From a virus: DNA of 64,000 bases. Positions 1-7,757 of this stretch are shown one piece after another (the stretch's first letter is position 1; each line of letters opens with the position of its first letter). The stretch spans positions 9,110 to 73,109 of IMG/VR virus record IMGVR_UViG_3300027608_000024; one strand, 5' to 3'. Position numbers and translations under genes: made by a program. The notes under the pieces were generated by a model that was given only the letters and a program-made list of their open reading frames with translations, was not told the DNA's origin and did not search any database.

Positions 1-1
1 G

Positions 2-145
2 GAAATACTTGAAAGAGTAGAAACCAAACTTGACCGCATGGATGGGAAAGTAGATCGGGTAGACGAAAAAGTTGATCGTCTAGACACCCGTGTAACTCAC
101 CTAGAGAAGCCTGTAGCTCGCATTCCACGTAAGAAGAGTGTATAA
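2..145 (+). CDS. 3' end of a coiled-coil protein (partial)
   Basis: Open frame EILERVETKLDRMDGKVDRVDEKVDRLDTRVTHLEKP...* with a heptad pattern; begins before the window. Confidence 0.6.
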   Translation, partial: EILERVETKLDRMDGKVDRVDEKVDRLDTRVTHLEKPVARIPRKKSV

Positions 146-165
146 TTAACTTTAGAGTGCTCCAA

Positions 166-197
166 GTGGGTGGGCTGCCTGAGGGCGGTCCACCCGC
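166..197 (+). terminator. Strong RNA hairpin (terminator or leader stem-loop)
   Basis: GTGGGTGGGCTGCC-TGAG-GGCGGTCCACCCGC is a 14-bp stem with three G.U pairs that form only on the + strand; no clear U-tract. Confidence 0.5.
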
Positions 198-210
198 GCC
201 ATTTATGAGT

Positions 211-216
211 TAGAAT
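211..216 (+). promoter_or_regulatory. -10 element for a leaderless transcript
   Basis: TAGAAT sits 6 nt before ATG 223 and there is no SD. Confidence 0.55.
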
Positions 217-222
217 AGTACT

Positions 223-963
223 ATGACGATTAGCGAAGTGAAATACAGCCTCATTAAAGGACTTCCTTGGGAACGACTGCTTATCGTTAAAGATAATGTC
301 ACTCGTCGTATTATTGTCCCATCTGATGCCTGGGGTGTAATCAAAACCAGTGATATTGGCCGTATTGAGCTAACAACGGCCATTACAACTGAAGGTGGCA
401 TTGCAATCTCACTGTCAGAGGAAGAAACTAAGGACCTACCTGAGGGTTTGTTGACATTTGATGTAATTGCCACAGTACGAAGGACACCTTTAACACCAGA
501 TGGTGCTACCACAATGACTACCCCGGTAGCAAAGGGTACAATTAACGTGTCGCCATTAGGAACTGTTACCCCCATTGAGGAGATTGATTATATGGAATTG
601 CGCCTCGGTCAAGGAGAAGACTTCTACCGCACATTTACTTGGCGCGACTCCAATAATGCAATTGTTTCCGTTCAGAACGCCTACATGCAGGCAAAGAATG
701 CCGCTGGAACTACCGTACTGGATCTTCGCTGGTATGCAACGGTTCCAAGTGAAGCAACAATTGAAGGGCTAACAGCTAACCGTCGTGGTTACATCGCCCC
801 TGCTAGTGGTGCAAGTTTGATTGTGCACTTATCTAACACCAACCCAATTGCTGCTGGTGAATACAATTTTGACATTTTTGTGCAAGACAGCGTTGGTGAT
901 TGGAGCAGGCTTACCAAGGGAACATTAGTCATCGAACCTTCCGTATCTGCAAAGCCTGCATAA
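223..963 (+). CDS. Virion/baseplate-associated protein with two BppU-N-like beta domains
   Basis: Two similar halves (..FDVIAT..KGTINV / ..YNFDIFV..KGTLVI); heads the fibre cluster. Confidence 0.55.
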   Translation: MTISEVKYSLIKGLPWERLLIVKDNVTRRIIVPSDAWGVIKTSDIGRIELTTAITTEGGIAISLSEEETKDLPEGLLTFDVIATVRRTPLTPDGATTMTTPVAKGTINVSPLGTVTPIEEIDYMELRLGQGEDFYRTFTWRDSNNAIVSVQNAYMQAKNAAGTTVLDLRWYATVPSEATIEGLTANRRGYIAPASGASLIVHLSNTNPIAAGEYNFDIFVQDSVGDWSRLTKGTLVIEPSVSAKPA

Positions 964-1379
964 TGGGAATTAGAAATGGTGTTAATAGCGTAGAAGTTAA
1001 TTCACAAAAGCCGAGGTCATCGGTAACAATTGGGGTACCACACACGTCAGTAGTTGAGAAGATTGATCAAGGTCCTTCAGGTCCACCTAATGTCCTATCA
1101 ATTGGAACTGTTACCTCCGGTACGGCTGCTGTAAACATTACAGGAACCGCACCTACTCAAGTAATAAACTTCGTATTACCTATTTCAGGTAGTTATATCC
1201 ACACACAAAGCGCGTCAGCATCCACTTGGACAATAAATCATAATTTAGGTTTTAATCCCGCAGTATCTGTTGTAGATAGCGGGGAAAATGTTGTAATTGG
1301 TGATGTAACATATATAACAACAAACACACTTTCTGTGTCCTTTACCGCCTCTTTTGGTGGTAAAGCCTATTTGTCGTGA
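963..1379 (+). CDS. Tail-fibre-associated protein
   Basis: ATG overlaps the upstream TAA; short GPxGPP stretch; C-terminal WTINHNLG...VSF domain typical of phage fibre proteins. Confidence 0.65.
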   Translation: MGIRNGVNSVEVNSQKPRSSVTIGVPHTSVVEKIDQGPSGPPNVLSIGTVTSGTAAVNITGTAPTQVINFVLPISGSYIHTQSASASTWTINHNLGFNPAVSVVDSGENVVIGDVTYITTNTLSVSFTASFGGKAYLS

Positions 1380-1386
1380 GGTTTAA

Positions 1387-2622
1387 ATGTCCAAGTTTCT
1401 AACAAACATCAACTTAAATGGTAACGAACTCCAAAATCCCGTTATCCATAACTTAGGTACTGTCCCTACCGCTAACGCAAAACTTGGTGGTATCTACTTT
1501 GATACCAACGGTGGGCTTAACAAACTTAAATACCATAACGGTACAACTTGGGTTGAACTATCATCTGGTGGTTCGGGCACTTGGCAACCAGCAGACGCTG
1601 ATCTTACGGCTATTGCCGCCCTTACGGGTACCGCAGGTTTCCTTAAGACCAATGGTTCTAGTACCTGGTCAGTTGATACCGCTACCTACTTAACCTCAAG
1701 TACTGGTGTAACCACGGTTAATGGTTCTAGTGGCGCAATTTCCAATGTGGCCCTAACTACAAACACACTTGCTCAGTTTGCCTCAACCACCTCGTCGCAA
1801 CTAGCAACACTTATCTCGGACGAGACTGGTTCTGGTGCTCTTGTTTTCGGCACCTCACCAGCCATTACAACCAGTTTGACGACTGGTTCCTCGTCGTTTG
1901 ACCTTATCAATACCACCGCAACTACCATTAACTTTGGTGGAGCGGCAACAACCCTTAACATTGGTAATGCCTCAGGTACGGTAACAATCGCAGGTAACCT
2001 TACTGTTGAAGGTACAACCACAACTGTAAATAGCACAACTATTACAGTTGACGATAAGAACCTTGAACTTGGTTCAACAGCATCACCCACAGACGCTGGA
2101 GCAGATGGTGGTGGTATTACCCTCAAGGGAACCACCGATAAGACCTGGAACTGGATTGACGCTACCGATTCATGGACCTCTTCCGAGCACATCAACCTTG
2201 CATCGGGCAAAGTCCTAAAGATTGCTGATACTGAAGTTCTCTCAGTCTCCCAGTACACGGGTAACTCTTCAACTGCTACTACGGCTACCAATGTTACTGG
2301 TGGTGCCGCTGGTTCTATTGTTTACCAGACTGGTTCTGGAGCCACTACAACTCTTGCGTTAGGCACCACTGGTTACGCGCTACTAGCAGGTGCCAGTGCT
2401 CCTGTATGGACCAAAACAAGGCATTACGCCACATTATCAACAAGTGCTACTTCTTATACCCTTACACATGGTTTGGCTACTGCTGACCTTATTGTGTCTG
2501 TATATGAAGTATCTACTGGAGAAGTTGTGTACGCTGATGTCGTGAACACTAGTAGCACCACAACGGTCTCGTTTGCAACTGCTCCGACTGCCGATCAGTA
2601 CCGAGTTGTCATTCTTGCTTAA
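1387..2622 (+). CDS. Tail fibre protein
   Basis: Thr/Gly/Ser-rich; fibre motifs SDETGSGALVF, GNLTVEGTTTTVNSTT..VDDKNLELG, ADGGGITLKG; C-terminal THGL domain. Confidence 0.8.
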   Translation: MSKFLTNINLNGNELQNPVIHNLGTVPTANAKLGGIYFDTNGGLNKLKYHNGTTWVELSSGGSGTWQPADADLTAIAALTGTAGFLKTNGSSTWSVDTATYLTSSTGVTTVNGSSGAISNVALTTNTLAQFASTTSSQLATLISDETGSGALVFGTSPAITTSLTTGSSSFDLINTTATTINFGGAATTLNIGNASGTVTIAGNLTVEGTTTTVNSTTITVDDKNLELGSTASPTDAGADGGGITLKGTTDKTWNWIDATDSWTSSEHINLASGKVLKIADTEVLSVSQYTGNSSTATTATNVTGGAAGSIVYQTGSGATTTLALGTTGYALLAGASAPVWTKTRHYATLSTSATSYTLTHGLATADLIVSVYEVSTGEVVYADVVNTSSTTTVSFATAPTADQYRVVILA

Positions 2623-2642
2623 TCTGTCGTTAAAGGACAACA

Positions 2643-3488
2643 ATGTCTAACTTTCTAAAGGCCCTTAAGGTTAAGGGAATTGAAATTGATACAGCAGGAG
2701 CCATTACTGGTGATGTCCTTAAATATGATGGTACAAAGTTTGGGGCCGCATCTGCTGGTGGTGGCTCAGTTGTTGGTGTACTAGACGACCTTACAGATGT
2801 TGTTATTACATCACCAGCAGAGTTCCAAACTCTTGAATATAATGGTACTAACTGGGTTAATACTTATGCTTCAGTAGTTTCATATGTGCGCAACGTTGAA
2901 GCAACCACCATTACGACAGGTACATGCGTTTATTTGTTTGGGGCAACAGGCGATCACGCCACGGTTAAACGAGCAGACAACGGTAGCGATGCAACGTCAG
3001 CCAAAACAGTTGGTCTTGTAGGCGCAAACATTACTGCCAGTAATGAAGGACCCGTTATTACCCGTGGCTATGTTGATGGTATTGATCTTTCTGTCGGATA
3101 TACGGCCGGCGATGTTCTTTGGCTTGGTACTGGTGGCAACTTTACAACTACAAAACCTACTGCACCAGACCATTTAGTTTTTATTGGTGTTGTAGTTCGA
3201 GCCACTAACAACGGTATTGTTTATGTTGCTACACAAAACGGTTACGAACTTGATGAGCTTCACAACGTCAGCTTGCCATCGCCCAACTCTGGAGAGTACC
3301 TAAAGTACAACGGCTCACTATGGGTAGCCGACGCAATTGATCTTGGTACTGATACAACCGGAAATTATGTTGCTACTATCACAGCAGGTTCTGGGCTTGC
3401 ATCAACAGGCGCTTCATCGGGTGAAGGTATAGCGCACACTATTTCTTTAGACGATAGTGTGATTATTCAAGTGCAAGTTTTTTCTTAG
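2643..3488 (+). CDS. Tail fibre protein
   Basis: Repeats LDDLTDV..LEYNGTNW / LDELHNV..LKYNGSLW; DTTGNYVA motif. Confidence 0.75.
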   Translation: MSNFLKALKVKGIEIDTAGAITGDVLKYDGTKFGAASAGGGSVVGVLDDLTDVVITSPAEFQTLEYNGTNWVNTYASVVSYVRNVEATTITTGTCVYLFGATGDHATVKRADNGSDATSAKTVGLVGANITASNEGPVITRGYVDGIDLSVGYTAGDVLWLGTGGNFTTTKPTAPDHLVFIGVVVRATNNGIVYVATQNGYELDELHNVSLPSPNSGEYLKYNGSLWVADAIDLGTDTTGNYVATITAGSGLASTGASSGEGIAHTISLDDSVIIQVQVFS

Positions 3489-3498
3489 GAGATAAAAA

Positions 3499-3858
3499 AT
3501 GTCTACATTCGCTAAAAAGATATTGAGTGGCTCTACCGATGGGAGACCAATTTTGGTGGCTGCGACAGCATCTGCTGGAACCGTTATCCATACAGGTCCA
3601 ACTGTTGCTACAACCCTTGATGAAGTTTGGCTTTACGCCAGCAACCCCTCCGGCGCACAACGAACATTGACAATTCAATGGGGTGGCACAACCAGCCCGA
3701 ACGACCATTTTGTTCTTTTTCTTCCAGCACAAAGCGGTCTTATCGTCATAGCACCTGGTTTAATCATAAAAGGAAACGCAACCCCTCTAGTTGTTCGTGC
3801 TTTTTGTGACTCTGCTAACCAAGTAAACATCAGTGGATATGTAAACGAGATTGCATAA
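3499..3858 (+). CDS. Small fibre-associated structural protein
   Basis: AGGAG RBS; beta-rich 119 aa (DEVWLYA...ISGYVN) within the fibre cluster. Confidence 0.65.
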   Translation: MSTFAKKILSGSTDGRPILVAATASAGTVIHTGPTVATTLDEVWLYASNPSGAQRTLTIQWGGTTSPNDHFVLFLPAQSGLIVIAPGLIIKGNATPLVVRAFCDSANQVNISGYVNEIA

Positions 3859-5591
3859 TGTCAACAAGGTTTTCTGAACGGACTCAACGCACAGGTTTTG
3901 TTGATGACTTTCTTCCCAATGTTTCAAGTCCATATAGATTTTTAAGAAACACCCAAGGACTGCCTTGGGTTCGCCCACCTGACTGGCTTTCCACAACTCC
4001 CGTAGCCGCTACTGAAGTTTGTTTTTTATATGCGGTGTATGAAGGGGATTCAAACTTTTTTTCATTTACCGTAACCACTTCTTCAGGAAACTTCACTGTT
4101 GATTGGGGTGATGCGACAAGCAATTCTTACGCATCTGGCACAGTTGTTAGTAAACAATTTTTATGGTCTAGTTACAGTAATGTTACGACAGGTGGTTTTC
4201 GCCAAGCGGTAGTTCGTGTTACGGGAAATATAACTGCTATTGATTTTAACCGCAGACACGCAACTTTGACTTCATCCAATAGTTCATCACAGATTGTTGA
4301 AATAACGGCGCAAGGTTCTAGTATCACTTCCTTTTTAATTGGTAGTGTGGGGACTACCCTAATCACTCATTCTGCACTTCAAAGTTTTTCGTTTATCGGC
4401 ACTTGCTCAATAACAAGCATGAATAAAATGTTTAATAATTGCCGTTCTTTGCAGTCTGTATCTTTACCTAATACCAATGCGGTTTTGGACATGGCATACA
4501 TGTTTAACGGCTGTACTTCCTTGCAGTCTGTATCCCTACCTGACACTGGTGCGGTAACAGACATGTCATTTATGTTTAATGAGTGCCGTTCCTTGCAGTC
4601 TGTATCTCTACCTAACACCAGTCAGGTAACAGACATGAGTTACATGTTTGGCAACTGTACTTCTTTGCAGTTTGTATCTCTGCCTAATACCGATGCAGTT
4701 TTGAACATGGCATACATGTTCTACAACTGTACTTCTTTACAGTCTGTATCTCTGCCTAACACTAATGCAGTTTTGAACATGAATGGACTGTTTAATGAGT
4801 GCCGTTCTTTGCAGTCTGTATCTTTGACTGACACTGGTGCGGTAACAGACATGAGTCAAATGTTCCTGAACTGTACTTCCTTGCAGTCTGTATCTCTGCC
4901 TAATACTGGTGCGGTAACAACCATGTTTGACATGTTTGACGGCTGTACTACATTGCAGTCTGTATCTTTACCTGACACTGGTGCGGTTTTGGACATGGGA
5001 TTTATGTTCTTCTTATGTACTTCCTTGCAGTCTGTATCTCTACCTAATACTGGTGCGGTAACAAACATGTCATTGATGTTTTATGTTTGTCCTTCTTTAC
5101 AATCTGTATCTCTACCTGACACTGGTGCAGTAACAGACATGTCAGCCATGTTTTATGACTGTACTTCCTTGCAGTCCATATCTCTGCCTAATACTGGTGC
5201 GGTAACAAACATGTCATCGATGTTTAACACCTGTACTTCCTTGCAGTCCATATCTTTGCCTAATACTGGTGCGGTAACAAGCATGAGTCAGATGTTTGGC
5301 TCCTGTCTTTCTTTGCAGTCTGTATCTAACCTAAATGGTAATGCAGCAACAGGCAGTAGTGCCTATAGCAGCATGTTTTCAGGTTGTCCTTCCCTGCAAA
5401 GTATCTCTGCAATAAACATGAAATTTACCCACTCAATCGGCAGCCTCAAAATGAGCGCAACAGCATTAAACGCATATTATACAGCACTACCAACAGTAAC
5501 ATCAAAAACATTGACAGTAACAGGTAACTGGGGAGTCGCAACAGACAACCCGGCTATCGCTACTGCTAAAGGATGGACGGTAACAGGATGA
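3858..5591 (+). CDS. BspA/DUF285-like leucine-rich-repeat protein, putative receptor-binding protein
   Basis: About 13 repeats of 24 aa (CxSLQSVSLPNTGAVTxMxxMFxx); N-terminal WVRPPDWL and VDWGD (PKD-like); C-terminal ATAKGWTV cap. Confidence 0.85.
   Translation: MSTRFSERTQRTGFVDDFLPNVSSPYRFLRNTQGLPWVRPPDWLSTTPVAATEVCFLYAVYEGDSNFFSFTVTTSSGNFTVDWGDATSNSYASGTVVSKQFLWSSYSNVTTGGFRQAVVRVTGNITAIDFNRRHATLTSSNSSSQIVEITAQGSSITSFLIGSVGTTLITHSALQSFSFIGTCSITSMNKMFNNCRSLQSVSLPNTNAVLDMAYMFNGCTSLQSVSLPDTGAVTDMSFMFNECRSLQSVSLPNTSQVTDMSYMFGNCTSLQFVSLPNTDAVLNMAYMFYNCTSLQSVSLPNTNAVLNMNGLFNECRSLQSVSLTDTGAVTDMSQMFLNCTSLQSVSLPNTGAVTTMFDMFDGCTTLQSVSLPDTGAVLDMGFMFFLCTSLQSVSLPNTGAVTNMSLMFYVCPSLQSVSLPDTGAVTDMSAMFYDCTSLQSISLPNTGAVTNMSSMFNTCTSLQSISLPNTGAVTSMSQMFGSCLSLQSVSNLNGNAATGSSAYSSMFSGCPSLQSISAINMKFTHSIGSLKMSATALNAYYTALPTVTSKTLTVTGNWGVATDNPAIATAKGWTVTG
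4417..5330 (+). repeat. 72-bp tandem coding repeat, about 13 copies
   Basis: Core TTGCAGTCTGTATCTYTRCCT recurs every 72 bp (e.g. Cys codons at 4440 and 4512). Confidence 0.95.
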
Positions 5592-5779
5592 GCCCAGGAT
5601 TCTATAAAGTTGACGGTGACCTAATTTATGGCCCCAATTTCGTGCTTCATGCGGACTATGAATTGCGCAAAGAAACAAAAGATGAACATACCTATCCTGT
5701 TGATGGTTGGTATTGGTTTGATACAGAAGAAGAAGCACGGGCATACTTTGAGTTGCCAATAGAAGAAGGAACTGAATAA
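5588..5779 (+). CDS. Small acidic protein, possible fibre chaperone
   Basis: MSPGFYK...YPVDGWYWFDTEEEA; overlaps both neighbours' stop/start codons. Confidence 0.7.
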   Translation: MSPGFYKVDGDLIYGPNFVLHADYELRKETKDEHTYPVDGWYWFDTEEEARAYFELPIEEGTE

Positions 5780-6465
5780 TGGCTCGTAACGCACTCATTC
5801 AACTACGGCGTGATACCGCCGCCAACTGGACCTCAGTTAACCCAACTCTTGCCGCTGGTGAGATGGGATTTGAAACGGATACTGGCAAGTTAAAGATTGG
5901 TACTGGTTCTACTGCCTGGACTTCTTTGCTTTACACTACTGATGCTTCTGACATTACTGGAGCAACCCTTGCGTCTAATGTGGTGTCGTCGTCTTTAACG
6001 AGTGTTGGTACTTTGGGTTCGTTGGCTGTTACGGGTGATATTACTCGTGGCGGTGTTTCGTTACCCCGTGGTGTCATGGCTTTTACTAAAGCCACAACGT
6101 CTGGCTCCATCGGGAATAATGAACAAGTGCAAATAACTGGTTCATCTTTTACCGCTGTCGCAAACCGTTATTACAAAATCACTTATTACGAGCCGTCAAT
6201 TGATAGCGCATTTAGCGAAACGGATACTGCTATAGGTAGAATAAGACTCACAAACCTTGCAGGTGCGGTACAACAGACAGCAAAATCGTTTATTTGGTAT
6301 AGTTCAACGCCCGAAGACATGACTTGTGTTGCTGTCACAACTCTCACCGCTGGCACTGTCAACCTCGTTGCTACTTTGGAAGGTACTACTGGCTTCCCCA
6401 TCGGTGCAACTCGCAGTGCGACTCAATATGCATTTCTTCTTGTTGAGGACATAGGAGCAGTATAA
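5779..6465 (+). CDS. Tail fibre with Mtd/hyaluronidase-like N-terminal domain
   Basis: IQLRRDTAANWTSVNPTLAAGEMGFETDTGKLKIG; C-terminal LLVEDIG. Confidence 0.8.
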   Translation: MARNALIQLRRDTAANWTSVNPTLAAGEMGFETDTGKLKIGTGSTAWTSLLYTTDASDITGATLASNVVSSSLTSVGTLGSLAVTGDITRGGVSLPRGVMAFTKATTSGSIGNNEQVQITGSSFTAVANRYYKITYYEPSIDSAFSETDTAIGRIRLTNLAGAVQQTAKSFIWYSSTPEDMTCVAVTTLTAGTVNLVATLEGTTGFPIGATRSATQYAFLLVEDIGAV

Positions 6466-6614
6466 TGGCAACTAACTTTCCCACAACACTAGATAGTTTA
6501 ACCAACCCATCCTCAGGTCAAACATTAAATTCCCCTAGCCATAGTGGGCAACACCCCCGAAGAATGGCAACCCAATATAGTACAACCTACCGAAACACCC
6601 TAGGAGAAGAATAA
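6465..6614 (+). pseudogene. Chimeric remnant: fibre N-terminus joined out of frame to the C-terminus of a small gene
   Basis: MATNFPTTLDSLTNPSSGQTLNSPSHSGQH in one frame; GNTPEEWQPNIVQPTETP* (6547-6603) in the +1 frame. Confidence 0.6.
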
Positions 6615-6766
6615 TGTCCAATGTACAACTAGATGTCAACAAGATTGTTGAATCCCTCGTAAATCAGATTTCACAGCAGGCCCAGCGTATCGCTGTCCTA
6701 GAGGCTACAATTGATGCTATACAGAAAACCCCTCAGGAGGAATCTCATGTTGTCAACCCAAAATAA
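6614..6766 (+). CDS. Small coiled-coil protein
   Basis: AGGAG RBS; MSNVQLDVNKIVESLVNQISQQAQRIAVLEATI (50 aa, below the ORF-track cutoff). Confidence 0.7.
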   Translation: MSNVQLDVNKIVESLVNQISQQAQRIAVLEATIDAIQKTPQEESHVVNPK

Positions 6767-6935
6767 AGCTTTAATTGCTTCTTATGCACGTAGCGTACTT
6801 GGCGCTGGTGTAGCTACCTATACCGCTACGCAAGACTGGAAACTGACCCTTAATGCTCTTTGGGCCGCGGCTATCCCCGTAGTTATGCGTTTCCTCAACC
6901 CCGGTGACACTTCTTTTGGTAAAGGCGCCAAATGA
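6747..6935 (+). CDS. Holin
   Basis: AGGAGG RBS; 62 aa with two hydrophobic segments and RFLNPGDTSFG; directly upstream of the endolysin. Confidence 0.75.
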   Translation: MLSTQNKALIASYARSVLGAGVATYTATQDWKLTLNALWAAAIPVVMRFLNPGDTSFGKGAK

Positions 6936-7744
6936 GCCTTCCCTTTATCAAACTTGTAGTCCCTACCGCCCTTAAGCCATACAAGAATGGGCAGTTGCCA
7001 GCAAACCTTTTAGCCAGGGTTAAGACGGGTGGCCAGATGTACGCACCAGTAGCTGCTGAGTTCAACAAAATGTACGACGCAGCACTTGCTGCTGGTATCA
7101 AGTTAAAGAACGTTGGTGACTACCGCTCATTCCAGGGTCAGTTGACAATGTTTATGGATCGTTATGTAACAACTGATACTGGTACCGGTGTAACCCGTCA
7201 ATATGAAGGTAAGACCTGGTGGTTGAAGAAGGGTAAAGCTCCTTCGGCTGCGCCAGATCCAACTGGCCTTAAGGGTTCTAACCACGGTTGGGGACTTGCC
7301 ATTGACCTTGGTTATGATCAGGGTGGTAAGACTGCATCATTTGGTGTAAACGTTCCTGCTTTCCAATGGATGTGCGCTAACGCCCCCAAGTATGGTTTCT
7401 ACCTTCAGGGCAATAATCCTGCCTCTAAAGAGTTTGAAGCTTGGCACTGGCAGTACGCCCTTGGTGACGCTTCTCCTGATGGTTCAGTACAGGCTGCTCC
7501 AGCAGCAGCCCCAGCCGCTCCAGCACCTGCTGGCGGTGGCATGAAGTTTGATTACCCAGGAACTCCTATTGCCCTAGGTTCTAAGGGACCAGGTGCCGCA
7601 CTTGTCCAGGCAATCATTGGAGCAAAAGCAGATGGCGATTTTGGCCCTAAGTCTGTTGCTTCACTCAAAGCATGGCAGACAGCAAATGGACTAACTGCGG
7701 ATGGTTCTGTTGGTCCTGTAACATGGAAGAAGATGTTCGGCTGA
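6932..7744 (+). CDS. Endolysin: M15 (VanY-like) peptidase plus peptidoglycan-binding domain
   Basis: YRS..Q, SNHGWGLAID and EAWHW motifs; Ala/Pro linker; ADGDFGP..WQTANGLTADGSVGPVTW. Confidence 0.9.
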   Translation: MSLPFIKLVVPTALKPYKNGQLPANLLARVKTGGQMYAPVAAEFNKMYDAALAAGIKLKNVGDYRSFQGQLTMFMDRYVTTDTGTGVTRQYEGKTWWLKKGKAPSAAPDPTGLKGSNHGWGLAIDLGYDQGGKTASFGVNVPAFQWMCANAPKYGFYLQGNNPASKEFEAWHWQYALGDASPDGSVQAAPAAAPAAPAPAGGGMKFDYPGTPIALGSKGPGAALVQAIIGAKADGDFGPKSVASLKAWQTANGLTADGSVGPVTWKKMFG

Positions 7745-7757
7745 TAAGGAGCCCTTA

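Noticed and set aside
4417-5330. Regular repeats resembling a CRISPR array
   Set aside because: They are in-frame 72-bp coding repeats with no unique spacers. The Cas4-like gene at 49794 is a stand-alone phage nuclease.
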